Notes under the pieces: model-generated | The model's input: the letters and a program-made list of their open reading frames with translations, nothing else | The model's database searches: none | What the model was told of the DNA's origin: nothing | Position numbers and translations under genes: made by a program | Shown: positions 31,902-41,635 of the stretch, in pieces | Position numbering within the stretch: position 1 is the first letter of the stretch | How the letters are laid out: every line of letters begins with the position of its first letter | Origin: an uncultured Actinomycetes bacterium | Lineage (GTDB): Bacteria > Actinomycetota > Acidimicrobiia > IMCC26256 > DASPTH01 | Reading direction: 5' to 3' | Assembly (NCBI GenBank): GCA_963841415.1 | Contig: CAWJCN010000004.1 | Span: 403,038 to 467,037 of the forward strand | DNA: 64,000 nt

Positions 31902-33281
31902 ATGAAGCTCAGTGAGCGGATGAAGCAGAGCCGCAAGGACTCGAGCGACTCGTCCTCGTTCGGCACCGTCACCACCCGCGCCGCCGGCGCCGCGGAGGCG
32001 AGGAGCGCCGCGCCTGCCGATCCGGTGATCGCGCTGAAGCGGCGCGCCCAGGAGGCGCTGATCCTGCGCATGGGACCCGCGCTGTGGGACGCGACGACGC
32101 CGGTCTCGCAGCTCGACACCCAGGTCGTCCGCGAGCTGAGCGCGGTGCTCAAGGAAGAGAAGATCCCGCTCAACGACGCCGAGCGCGAGCAACTCGTGGG
32201 CGAGATCATCGACCAGGCCCTGGGATACGGGCCGATCGAGCGCTACCTCGACGACGCCACCGTCACCGAGGTGATGGTCAACGGCACCGATGGTGTCTAC
32301 ATCGAACGCGAGGGCAAGCTCGAGCTCACCGACGCGCAATTCTTCTCCGACCTTCACGTCATGCGCGTGATCGACCGCATCGTCGCCCCCCTCGGGCGCC
32401 GCATCGACGAGTCGTCGCCCATGGTCGATGCCCGCCTGCCCGACGGCTCGCGCGTCAACGCGGTGATCCCACCGCTTGCGATCGACGGTCCGCAGCTCAC
32501 GATCCGCAAGTTCGCCCAGCGCGTCCTCACCCTCCGCGACCTCATGGAGCTGGGCACGCTCACCGGTCCCGTGGCCGACTTCCTGGCGGCCTGCGTGAAG
32601 GGCCGGATGAACATCCTCATCAGCGGCGGCACCGGCAGCGGCAAGACCACGCTGCTCAACGTCCTCTCGTCGATGATCCCCGAGGAGGAGCGCATCGTGA
32701 CGATCGAGGACGCGGCCGAGCTCCGCCTGCAGCAGCGGCATGTGATCCGGCTCGAGAGCCGCCCGGCGAACATCGAGGGCCGGGGCGAGGTGCGCGCCCG
32801 CGACCTCGTTCGCAACGCGCTGCGCATGCGCCCCGACCGCATCGTGATCGGCGAGGTGCGCGGCGCCGAGGCCCTCGACATGCTCCAGGCCATGAACACC
32901 GGCCACGACGGATCGCTCTCAACGCTCCACGCCAACTCCCCACGCGACGCGCTCGCCCGGGTCGAGACCATGGTCCTCATGGCCGGCTTCGACTTGCCGG
33001 TTCGGGCGATCCGTGAGCAGGCCGCGTCGGCCCTCGACCTCCTCGTGCACATCAACCGCGGCCGCGATGGTGTACGACGCGTGACGCGCGTGTCCAGCGT
33101 CGACGGCATGGAAGGCGACCTGATCACCCTCTCCGACGTGTTCCTGTTCGGGACCGAGACGGGCGCCGACGACGGGGTCAACGGTACGTTGCGTCCGACC
33201 GGTGTGCGCCCGAAGCTCGCCGAGCGCCTTCAGGAGGCCGGCATCACCCTGCCGGGCGACCTGTTCGGCACCGCGGCCTGA
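31902..33281 (+). CDS. cpaF: CpaF/TadA pilus assembly ATPase
   Basis: GGTGSGKTT, IEDAAEL, LRMRPDRIVIGEVRG, MNTGHDG. Confidence 0.93.
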   Translation: MKLSERMKQSRKDSSDSSSFGTVTTRAAGAAEARSAAPADPVIALKRRAQEALILRMGPALWDATTPVSQLDTQVVRELSAVLKEEKIPLNDAEREQLVGEIIDQALGYGPIERYLDDATVTEVMVNGTDGVYIEREGKLELTDAQFFSDLHVMRVIDRIVAPLGRRIDESSPMVDARLPDGSRVNAVIPPLAIDGPQLTIRKFAQRVLTLRDLMELGTLTGPVADFLAACVKGRMNILISGGTGSGKTTLLNVLSSMIPEEERIVTIEDAAELRLQQRHVIRLESRPANIEGRGEVRARDLVRNALRMRPDRIVIGEVRGAEALDMLQAMNTGHDGSLSTLHANSPRDALARVETMVLMAGFDLPVRAIREQAASALDLLVHINRGRDGVRRVTRVSSVDGMEGDLITLSDVFLFGTETGADDGVNGTLRPTGVRPKLAERLQEAGITLPGDLFGTAA

Positions 33282-33293
33282 ACGGCGCGGGAC

Positions 33294-34913
33294 TCAGCTC
33301 GCGGACGGCATCGCGATCGTGGCGAGGTCGATCGCCGCTGGCGCACCCGCCGGGCGTGCCTTCGCCGTGACCGCGCGCGTCATGTTGCGTTGCCGCCCGG
33401 GCACCGGCGACTCCTTGTAGCCCACGCCCTTCGCGTTGCCCGACGTGTCGAGGAACCTCTGGATGTCGACGGCACCGGTGGCGAAGTCGCCGGTGCCGGT
33501 CGCGTCGCACGGCATCACCTGCTCGATGTCGGTCGGCGCCGACGTCGAGAAGGTGTTGCCCGAGAAGCAGTTCTGGTCGGCGGCGTCGCTCAGCACAACA
33601 CCGAGATCCACGAGGCCCGAGCGCTCGACGGTGTTGTCGGTGACCCGGTTGCCCGTCGGTTGGTGCGGCACGTCCTCGAGGCCGACACTCGGCGCGAGGG
33701 CGATCCCCACCTTGGCGTTGTCGGCGATCCGGTTCTTCGTGATGATGTCCTGCTGCCCGCCCGCGATCACGATCCCGACGCCGAACGCGGGGTCGTACGC
33801 CTCCTCGTTCCCGCGCGTGGCGCGGGGGTTGCCGTTGTCGTCGACCACGTTCCCCGCGAGGGTGGCCTCGCCCTGCGGTGAGAGCTCCTCGGCACCGAAG
33901 CTGTTCGGCACCATGCCGGTGCGGTTGTGCGACCACTGCGAGTTGACGAGGAACAGGTCGCCCGACGAGTTGGACCCCGAGTAGCCCAGCAGGTTGTACT
34001 CGGACACGACGTCGGTGATCACCGCGTGGCAGGGGTTGCACTGCCCGATGTAGAAGCCGGAATCGGGGCTGCCCGACGCGTACGAGTGGTCGAACTGGCC
34101 GTACTGCGAGTCGTAGGCGTAGATGCCGTAGTCGCCGTTGCGGTACGCGGTGAGGTACGAGCCGCGGTAGCCGAGGACGCCGTTCCAGAAGAACCCGTTC
34201 TCCGTGAAGTTGCGCGCGGTGAGGTTCTCGACCGCCACACCGTCACCACCGACGACGAACACGCCGTTGTCGCGCTTGAATTCGCCGTCGAGGATCGTGC
34301 GGTTGCGGTCGACGCCGCGCAACACGATGCCGTCGGTGCCGATGGTGACGCTCTCCTTGTAGACACCGGGCGACACGAGCACGAGGTCGCCCTTCTTGGC
34401 TCGGTCGACCCCGGCCTGGATGCTCTTGGCGTCGGCCGGGACGCGGATGGTGCGGCCGGACGCCCGGAACTCCGGCGCCGGCTCGTCGCCACCACCGACG
34501 GGCGCGATCGGCGTGGCCGCGACGGCGTCGCCCACCGCGAGGTTGCCGCGCTGGCCGCTGGTGGGCGTGCCGTGCAGCGTGCAGTAGTAGGCGAACGAAC
34601 CGGCCTGGCCGAAGGTGTGCACGTACGACTTGCCCGGCTTGAGGTCGGCGCTGCCGTAGGCCTTCCCGGAGTCGGGGGTGACGTTGTGCGTGTTGCGGCC
34701 CACGTTGATCCACCGCACCGTCGTGCCCTCCCCGACGTTCAACGTCGACGGTGTGAACAGGTTGTCGCGGATGCGGATGGTGACGACCTTGTGCACCGAC
34801 TCCACCGACTGCACCGACTCCACGCGCTCGTGGCCCGCCGCCGGTTGGGCCACCGCCGGCACCAGGGCCGCCGCGAGCGACGCCGCGAGCAGCACGAGGG
34901 CCAGGCGGCGCAT
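33294..34913 (-). CDS. Secreted cupredoxin plus right-handed beta-helix protein
   Basis: Signal peptide; HNVT...YYCTLHG; SIQAGVD and GDYGIY beta-helix repeats. Confidence 0.85.
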   Translation of the reverse strand: MRRLALVLLAASLAAALVPAVAQPAAGHERVESVQSVESVHKVVTIRIRDNLFTPSTLNVGEGTTVRWINVGRNTHNVTPDSGKAYGSADLKPGKSYVHTFGQAGSFAYYCTLHGTPTSGQRGNLAVGDAVAATPIAPVGGGDEPAPEFRASGRTIRVPADAKSIQAGVDRAKKGDLVLVSPGVYKESVTIGTDGIVLRGVDRNRTILDGEFKRDNGVFVVGGDGVAVENLTARNFTENGFFWNGVLGYRGSYLTAYRNGDYGIYAYDSQYGQFDHSYASGSPDSGFYIGQCNPCHAVITDVVSEYNLLGYSGSNSSGDLFLVNSQWSHNRTGMVPNSFGAEELSPQGEATLAGNVVDDNGNPRATRGNEEAYDPAFGVGIVIAGGQQDIITKNRIADNAKVGIALAPSVGLEDVPHQPTGNRVTDNTVERSGLVDLGVVLSDAADQNCFSGNTFSTSAPTDIEQVMPCDATGTGDFATGAVDIQRFLDTSGNAKGVGYKESPVPGRQRNMTRAVTAKARPAGAPAAIDLATIAMPSAS

Positions 34914-36451
34914 CACTTCGACGGCGCCTCGAAGGTGCGCGCCAACTCGACCAGCGTCCTGACGCCGAACCCGGTGCCTCCCTTGGTGAGGTAGCCGTCG
35001 TCGGCGCCGGCCCGCGCCGGACCCGCGATGTCGAGGTGCACCCACGGCGCGCCGTCGACGAACTCCTGCAGGAAGAGCCCGGCGGTGAGCGCGCCGCCGT
35101 AGCTCCCGCCGATGTTCTTGAGGTCGGCAACCTCCGACTCGAGCTGCTTGCGGTAGTCCGTGGGCAGGGGGAGCGGCCACACCGGCTCGCCGGCCCGATC
35201 GGCCGCGTCGCGCACCTGCTGCGACCAGTCGTCGTCGTTGCCCATGAGCCCGGCGATCTTGTCGCCCAAAGCCACCATGCACGCACCGGTGAGCGTGGCG
35301 AGGTCGATCACCGCCGACGGCTTCTCGTCCGACGCGAGTGACAACGCGTCGGCGAGGATGAGCCTGCCCTCGGCGTCCGTGTTCAGCACCTCGACCGTCT
35401 TGCCGTTGCGGATGCGCAGCACGTCACCGGGACGGATGGCGGTGCCGCTCGGCATGTTCTCGACCAGCGGCACGTAGCCGGTGATCCGCGTCTTCACGCC
35501 GAGGGCGGCGAGCGTCGACATCGCCGCGATCACGGCCGCGCCACCCGACATGTCGGTCTTCATCGTCTCCATCCCGCCCGCCGTCTTCAGCGAGAGGCCG
35601 CCGGAGTCGAACACCACGCCCTTCCCCACGAGCGCGAGCGGCTTTCCGCCCGCGCCCGACGGCGCGTACGTCATCTTCAGGAAGCGCGGCGCCTGCTCGG
35701 AGCCCTGCCCGACACCGAGCACGCCACCCATGCGGTGGGCCTGGAGCTGCTTGACGTCGAGCACCTGCACGGCGACGTTCTTGCCCCGCAGCAGCTTGCG
35801 CGCGGCCGCGACCATGTCGGCCGGCGACTTCTCCTTCGACGGTGTGTTCACCATGTCGCGCGCCCAGGTGACCGCGTCACCGACCGTCGCGCCCCGCTCG
35901 ACCGCGTTGCGCACCGGCGCTCCACCGGCGGCGAGCACGGTCACCTTCTTCAGCTTCGACGGTGTCGCGCCGCCCTTGTACTCGAGGTACTGGTAGCCGC
36001 CGAGCACGAAGCCCTCGGCGACCGCCTGGGCCGCGTCAGCCACCGCGAGCTCCGTGCCCGCCGTCGCGAGCGTCGTGGCGACCGACACCACCTTCCCCGC
36101 ACGGCGAGCGACCGCGGCGGCGGCGCGCCGCACGCCGTCGACCGTGAGCTCCGCGGGATCGCCGATCCCGACGAGGAGCGCGGCTTTGGCGCGCAGTCGG
36201 CCGCCGGTGGGCACGGCGAGGGTCTCGCCCAGCTTGCCGTCGAATCCAGCTTCGGCGAGGAAGGCGGTGAGCCCGCCGTCGAGCGCGGTGTCGACGGCGT
36301 CGGCGCCGGGACCGAGCGCGGTGTCGACGGCGTCGGCGCCGGGACCGAGCTCGGCGCCCTTCCCGATGGGCCCCTTTCCAACGGGCACTGCGAGCAGCTC
36401 GGCCGCGACTCGATCGGCGGGGGTGGTGGCGACGGTGAACGACAGGGACAC
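34913..36451 (-). CDS. pepA: Leucyl aminopeptidase (M17)
   Basis: GKGVVFDSGG, MKTDMSG, NTDAEGRL. Confidence 0.95.
   Translation of the reverse strand: MSLSFTVATTPADRVAAELLAVPVGKGPIGKGAELGPGADAVDTALGPGADAVDTALDGGLTAFLAEAGFDGKLGETLAVPTGGRLRAKAALLVGIGDPAELTVDGVRRAAAAVARRAGKVVSVATTLATAGTELAVADAAQAVAEGFVLGGYQYLEYKGGATPSKLKKVTVLAAGGAPVRNAVERGATVGDAVTWARDMVNTPSKEKSPADMVAAARKLLRGKNVAVQVLDVKQLQAHRMGGVLGVGQGSEQAPRFLKMTYAPSGAGGKPLALVGKGVVFDSGGLSLKTAGGMETMKTDMSGGAAVIAAMSTLAALGVKTRITGYVPLVENMPSGTAIRPGDVLRIRNGKTVEVLNTDAEGRLILADALSLASDEKPSAVIDLATLTGACMVALGDKIAGLMGNDDDWSQQVRDAADRAGEPVWPLPLPTDYRKQLESEVADLKNIGGSYGGALTAGLFLQEFVDGAPWVHLDIAGPARAGADDGYLTKGGTGFGVRTLVELARTFEAPSK
36281..36346 (-). repeat. Perfect in-frame 33-bp tandem duplication inside pepA
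   Basis: GAGCGCGGTGTCGACGGCGTCGGCGCCGGGACC twice, encoding (GPGADAVDTAL)2. Confidence 0.9.
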
Positions 36452-36491
36452 GATGGCTCCGGGGGTCTCGGGGATGGAAGCGGCTCGAGCG

Positions 36492-37052
36492 TCAGGACCG
36501 GTCGGTGCGGACGGGACGGAACGTCCCCTCCTGCCACCGGGCGAGGGTGTACACGAGGTCGGCGAGGCGGTTGAGGTACGCGACGACCGCGCTGCCGTCG
36601 AGCCAACCTTCCCGCGCGGCCGAGACCGCGTTGCGTTCGGCGCGGCGTACGACCGCACGCGCGACGTCGAGCGCGGCGGCGACGCGATTCTCGCCCGGCA
36701 GCACGAACTCGGTGGGCGGCTCGTAGCGCGCGGTGATGTCGTCGATGATCGGCTCGAGCGCCGCGACCATGTCGTCGGTCGTGCGCGACACGCCGGCGAC
36801 GAGCTTGTCCCGCTTGTCGGGCGCGGTCGCGAGCTCGGCACCCACCACGAACAGCTCGCGTTGCAGACGGATCAGCAGTGCGTCGAGCTCCGAGCCCGGC
36901 TCGGTCTCGGCCCGGGCCAGGCCCAGCATCGACACCGCCTCGTCGACCGCGCCGTAGGCGTCGGGTCCGGGCGAGTCCTTGCCGATGCGCCCGCCGAAGA
37001 GCAGACCCGTGCTGCCGTCGTCGCCCTTGCGCGTGTAGATCTTCGCTGTCAT
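36492..37052 (-). CDS. pduO: PduO-type cob(I)alamin adenosyltransferase
   Basis: KIYTRKGDDGSTGL, RRAER, YLNRLAD. Confidence 0.92.
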   Translation of the reverse strand: MTAKIYTRKGDDGSTGLLFGGRIGKDSPGPDAYGAVDEAVSMLGLARAETEPGSELDALLIRLQRELFVVGAELATAPDKRDKLVAGVSRTTDDMVAALEPIIDDITARYEPPTEFVLPGENRVAAALDVARAVVRRAERNAVSAAREGWLDGSAVVAYLNRLADLVYTLARWQEGTFRPVRTDRS

Positions 37053-37206
37053 CCGGGCGGAGTCTACGGCCACCTCCCCGCCGAGCATCTCGGACTTGAC
37101 CCCCACATGTGTACGTCAACTCCGAGATGTTCGGAGGCGCGGGGACGCCGCCGACCCCGGCGCGGGCGGCCCGGAGACGCCGGGAGGGCCCGGTACCCTT
37201 GGCGCG

Positions 37207-38133
37207 ATGTCGGCGGTCCCGGATCCTGCGCGTCCCGAGCCCGACGAGGAACCGACCCGGTCGTCCACGATCAAGGCGGCAATCCGCACCGCCCGGCCGA
37301 AGCAGTGGACGAAGAACGTGCTCGTGTTCGCGGCGCCCGCGGCCGCCGGGGTGCTCGACCAGCGCGACGCGCTGCTGAAGACCTTGGTGGCGTTCGTCGG
37401 CTTCTGCTTCGCGGCCAGCGGCACCTACTTCCTCAACGACGCCAACGACGCCGAAGCCGACCGCCTGCACCCCACCAAGCGGCACCGCCCCATCGCGGCC
37501 GGCGATCTCGACGCGCGCACCGCGCGGATCATGGCCGTCGTGTTGATCCTCATCTCCTTCGCGGTCACCGCACCCATCAACGACTTCAAGCTCACCGGCG
37601 TCGTCGCGGGCTACGTGCTGGTCACGATCTCCTACACCACGTGGCTCAAGTACGAACCGGTCATCGACCTTGCGGCCGTGGCCGCCGGGTTCGTGTTCCG
37701 TGCCATCGCGGGTGGCGTGGCCACCAACGTCGCCCTCTCCGACTGGTTCCTCATCGTCGCCGGTGCGGGTTCGCTGTTCATCGTCACCGGGAAGCGTCAC
37801 GCGGAGCAGGTGGAGCTCGGGTCCGACTCGTTCGAGCACCGGCGCACGCTGGGCGAGTACTCCACCGCGTTCTTGGGTTACGTGCGCGCGGTGTCGTCGG
37901 GCGTGATGATCACGGCTTATTGCCTGTGGGCCTTCGAGAACGCTGCGCACACCGGCGACGAGACGTGGTTCCGACTCTCCATCGTGCCCTTCGTCATCGC
38001 GGTGCTGCGCTACGCGCTGGTCGTCGACCAGGGTGGCGGGGGCGCACCCGAGGAGGTCGTCCTCGCCGACCGCACCCTGCAGATCGTCGGCGTGATCTGG
38101 CTGGTCACGTTCGCGCTGGGTGTCCGTGGCTGA
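37207..38133 (+). CDS. ubiA: Decaprenyl-phosphate phosphoribosyltransferase (UbiA family)
   Basis: RPKQWTKN, NDANDAEADRLHPTKRHRPIAAG, GKRHAE, GGAPEE. Confidence 0.9.
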   Translation: MSAVPDPARPEPDEEPTRSSTIKAAIRTARPKQWTKNVLVFAAPAAAGVLDQRDALLKTLVAFVGFCFAASGTYFLNDANDAEADRLHPTKRHRPIAAGDLDARTARIMAVVLILISFAVTAPINDFKLTGVVAGYVLVTISYTTWLKYEPVIDLAAVAAGFVFRAIAGGVATNVALSDWFLIVAGAGSLFIVTGKRHAEQVELGSDSFEHRRTLGEYSTAFLGYVRAVSSGVMITAYCLWAFENAAHTGDETWFRLSIVPFVIAVLRYALVVDQGGGGAPEEVVLADRTLQIVGVIWLVTFALGVRG

Positions 38134-39490
38134 CCCGCTCAGCGAACGCGCCGCGCTCCTCACCGGCTGGAGCCGCACTGCGCCGACGGCGGCGACGCTG
38201 GTCGAGCTGCACGACGCAGGCGACGTCGACGCCGGCCTCGCCCGGGCGGGACGGCGCGGCCTGATCGCGCGCGGCCTCGGTCGCAGCTACGGCGACGCGG
38301 CGCAGAACGCCGGCGGTGTGGTGCTCGACACGACCACGCTCGCCGGCTTCCACGAGATCGACGTCGAGCGGGGCGTCGTCCGCGTCGACTCGGGCGTGAG
38401 CCTCGAGGCGATCATGCGCACGATGGTGCCGCTGGGCTGGTTCGTCCACGTCACCCCGGGCACTCGCCAGGTCACGGTGGGTGGCGCACTGGCGGCCGAC
38501 GTCCACGGCAAGAGCCACCACTTCGACGGCAGCTTCGCCAACCACGTCGAGTCGTTCGTGCTGCACACCCCCAAGGGCACCGTCACCGTCACGCCCGACT
38601 CCGATCCCGAGCTGTTCTGGGGTACTGCCGGTGCGCTCGGCCTCACCGGTGTGATCGCCGAGGCCACGATCCACCTGTTGCCGATCGAGACGTCCATGAT
38701 CCGCGCCGAGAACCTGCGCTGCCCGGACCTCGATTCGGTGATGGCCTTGATGGCCGAGGGCGACGACAAGTTCCGCTTCTCGGCCGCGTGGATCGACTGC
38801 CTCGCCACCGGCGCGTCGCTCGGCCGTTCCGTGTTGTCGCGCGGGGACCACGCCGCCGTCGACGACCTCCCGAAGAAGCTCCGCCGCGACCCGCTGCACT
38901 TCGCGCCCAAGGCGTTGCTCCCGGCCCCGCCGTGGGCACCCAACGGTCTGCTCAACCGACTCAGCGTGGCCGCGTTCAACGAGTTCTGGTACCGGGTCAC
39001 CCCGTCGCTGCACGGGCACGTCGAGACGATCTCGTCGTTCTTCCATCCGCTCGACGGCGTGAAGGACTGGAATCGCCTCTACGGCAGTTGCGGCTTCCTG
39101 CAGTATCAGTACGTCGTACCCGACGACGCACACGACGCGGTGCGCCGGTCGATCGAGATGCTCAGCGAGGCGCGCGCGGCGTCGTTCCTCGCGGTGCTCA
39201 AACGCTTCGGACCCGGCAACCCGGGCCCGCTGTCGTTCCCGCAGCCAGGTTGGACGCTCGCGCTCGACATCCCTGCGACCGTGCCCGGTCTGGCCGAGCT
39301 GCTCGACGAGCTCGACCAGCTCGTCGCTGACGTCGGAGGCCGCATCTACCTCGCCAAAGATTCTCGCCTGCGTCCCGAGCTGGTGCCCGTCATGTACCCC
39401 CAGCTCGGCCGCTTCGCCGAGCTGCGCGCGCGCGTCGACCCCGCCGGCGTGCTCCAGTCCGACCTCCAACGCCGTCTCGGCCTCCCCTGA
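38126..39490 (+). CDS. dprE1: Decaprenylphosphoryl-ribose oxidase DprE1-like (FAD)
   Basis: ARGLGRSYGDAAQN, DVHGKSHH, GFLQYQ, GGRIYLAKD. Confidence 0.88.
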   Translation: MADPLSERAALLTGWSRTAPTAATLVELHDAGDVDAGLARAGRRGLIARGLGRSYGDAAQNAGGVVLDTTTLAGFHEIDVERGVVRVDSGVSLEAIMRTMVPLGWFVHVTPGTRQVTVGGALAADVHGKSHHFDGSFANHVESFVLHTPKGTVTVTPDSDPELFWGTAGALGLTGVIAEATIHLLPIETSMIRAENLRCPDLDSVMALMAEGDDKFRFSAAWIDCLATGASLGRSVLSRGDHAAVDDLPKKLRRDPLHFAPKALLPAPPWAPNGLLNRLSVAAFNEFWYRVTPSLHGHVETISSFFHPLDGVKDWNRLYGSCGFLQYQYVVPDDAHDAVRRSIEMLSEARAASFLAVLKRFGPGNPGPLSFPQPGWTLALDIPATVPGLAELLDELDQLVADVGGRIYLAKDSRLRPELVPVMYPQLGRFAELRARVDPAGVLQSDLQRRLGLP

Positions 39491-39510
39491 CCCTCCCTCC
39501 CATTTCTTTC

Positions 39511-39551
39511 GGCGTCGAAGTGGCGCGAGTATCCGCCCCCACTTCGACGCC
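39511..39551. repeat. 13-bp perfect inverted repeat between dprE1 and dprE2
   Basis: GGCGTCGAAGTGG-N15-CCACTTCGACGCC. Confidence 0.75.
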
Positions 39552-39576
39552 CACACGCGATCGCGAGGTTCTCGAC

Positions 39577-40338
39577 ATGAAGGATGCGCTCGGTTCGGTG
39601 CAGTCGGTGCTCGTGCTCGGCGGCGGCTCCGACATCGCGTTGGCCACCGTGCGCGAGCTCGTGCAGCGCCGGGCGCGCACCGTCGTGCTCGCGGCACGCG
39701 ATCCCGCGTCGCTCCAAGGCGCGGCCGACGAGCTGTGCGCCGCGGGTGCGACGACCGTCGAGACGGTGGCGTTCGACGCGCGCGACACCGCGTCGCACGA
39801 CGCGTTCGTCGCCGACGTGTTCGAGCGCGCCGGCGACATCGACCTCGCGCTGCTCGCCTTCGGAGTGCTCGGCGATCAGGAGGAAGCCGAGCACGACGGC
39901 CGCGCTGCGGTCGACATCGCCGAGGTGAACTACGTGGGCTCGGTGTCGGTGACGGTGCCGATCGCGCAGCGGATGCGCACGCAAGGCCACGGCACGATCG
40001 TCGCCCTGTCGTCGGTGGCCGGCGAGCGGGCGCGGCGTTCGAACTTCGTGTACGGCTCGTCGAAGGCGGGCATGGACGCCTTCTTCCAGGGTCTCGGTGA
40101 CAGCCTGGTCGACTCGGGCGTGCGGGTCATGATCGTGCGGCCCGGCTTCGTCCACACCAAGATGACCGACGGCATGGACGCCGCCCCGCTCTCCACCACC
40201 CCGGAGGCGGTGGCCGACGCCATCGTGCAAGGCCTGGCTCGGGGCCGGGAGACGGTGTGGGTCCCCTCGACGCTGCGCTACGTGATGTCGGTCCTGCGTC
40301 ACGTGCCACGGCCCGTCTTCCGCAAGCTCCCGATCTGA
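39577..40338 (+). CDS. dprE2: DprE2-like decaprenylphospho-ketoribose reductase
   Basis: MKDALGSVQSVLVLGGGSDIA, SSVAGERARRSNFVYGSSKAG. Confidence 0.88.
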   Translation: MKDALGSVQSVLVLGGGSDIALATVRELVQRRARTVVLAARDPASLQGAADELCAAGATTVETVAFDARDTASHDAFVADVFERAGDIDLALLAFGVLGDQEEAEHDGRAAVDIAEVNYVGSVSVTVPIAQRMRTQGHGTIVALSSVAGERARRSNFVYGSSKAGMDAFFQGLGDSLVDSGVRVMIVRPGFVHTKMTDGMDAAPLSTTPEAVADAIVQGLARGRETVWVPSTLRYVMSVLRHVPRPVFRKLPI

Positions 40339-40419
40339 GCGACCGACCGCGGTTGTCGCGCCTCAAGAGCGCCCGGCAGCAGGCCGATACTCGTGGGACC
40401 CCACGAAACGGCAGGCACC

Positions 40420-40881
40420 ATGACGTCAGTCGACCTGGGTTGGCTCGAGATCGAGCGGGCCCGCTACGAGACGCTGCTCGACTCCGCCACCGGGCTCCCC
40501 CGTTGGGGTCTGCTCCTCGACCGGGCCGGTGTGGCGCTCGCTCATGCGCAACGCTCCGGACAGCGGATCGCCGTCTTCGTGCTCGACGATCCCCACTTCC
40601 CCGGCGTGCCGTTCGACGTGGTCCGCATCGCGAGGGCGCTGCACGACGAGCTGCGACCCGACGACGCCCTCGCTCGCATCGGTGAACAGCGCTTCGTGGT
40701 CGTGTGCAACGACATTCCGGACGACGAGGCCGCGGCACGGGTCGCGCACCGCCTCGTCTGTGGCAGCGGGCTCACGTGCAGGTTGGGTGTCGCGCTGAGC
40801 GCCAGCGGCGACGTGGCCGAGATGGTCATCGCCCGTGCACTGATCGAGGCCGTCCGCATGGAGCCGGAGCCCGCGGCCTGA
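40420..40881 (+). CDS. Stand-alone degenerate GGDEF-domain protein
   Basis: DSATGLP; RPDDALARIGEQRF (RxxD kept, GGDEF replaced by GEQRF). Confidence 0.75.
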   Translation: MTSVDLGWLEIERARYETLLDSATGLPRWGLLLDRAGVALAHAQRSGQRIAVFVLDDPHFPGVPFDVVRIARALHDELRPDDALARIGEQRFVVVCNDIPDDEAAARVAHRLVCGSGLTCRLGVALSASGDVAEMVIARALIEAVRMEPEPAA

Positions 40882-40900
40882 CCCTCGTCGCGTGCTAGTC

Positions 40901-41548
40901 ATGGCGGCCATGGACGGGCCGCGTTCGCCCCACGGCACCGAGGTCGTCGCGGCGTTCGACTTCGACGGCACGCTCTCCCCCCGCGACAACGTCGTGCCCT
41001 TCCTGCGGCGCGTCGCAGGCACCGCAGGCGCCGCGGGTGGGTTCGCGGCCGCGGCCGTGCACGTGGCGAAGCAGGGACGCTCGCACTGGAGCCGCAACGC
41101 GCTGAAGGCCGCCGTGCTCGACGAACTTCTTGCGGGGCGCGACGCCGACGACGTCGACGACACCGCACGCGCCTTCGCGGCCGAGATCGTCCGCGACCAC
41201 CTCCGGCCCGAGGCAGTCGAGCGCGCCGAGTGGCACCGCGAGCAGGGTCACCGCATCGTGATGGTGTCGGCGTCGCTCGCGGTGTACCTCCGTCCCGTCG
41301 CCGAACACCTCCGTTTCGACGCCGTCCTCGCCACCGAGCTCGAGGTCGACGACCACCGCCGCCTCACCGGTCGCATGCTCGGAGAGAACGTGCGCGGCCC
41401 GGAGAAGGCCCGCCGCCTCGACGCCTGGCTCGACGGCACCATGCCGTTCGTGTGGGCCTACGGCGACAGCTCGGGCGACACCGAGCTGTGGGCCCGCGCC
41501 GACCGCGCCGTCCGCCTGGGCCGCCACGCACACCGCGGCACCGGCTGA
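40901..41548 (+). CDS. HAD-IB family phosphatase
   Basis: FDFDGTL, VSAS, GPEKA, YGDSSGD. Confidence 0.88.
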   Translation: MAAMDGPRSPHGTEVVAAFDFDGTLSPRDNVVPFLRRVAGTAGAAGGFAAAAVHVAKQGRSHWSRNALKAAVLDELLAGRDADDVDDTARAFAAEIVRDHLRPEAVERAEWHREQGHRIVMVSASLAVYLRPVAEHLRFDAVLATELEVDDHRRLTGRMLGENVRGPEKARRLDAWLDGTMPFVWAYGDSSGDTELWARADRAVRLGRHAHRGTG

Positions 41549-41635
41549 CGCAGCGCGCTCGCTCACGCACCTTGACGCCACCGCACCGAAGGAACACGCT
41601 CGGACACGAGACGTCGCGGCGACCGGAGGTGTGGG

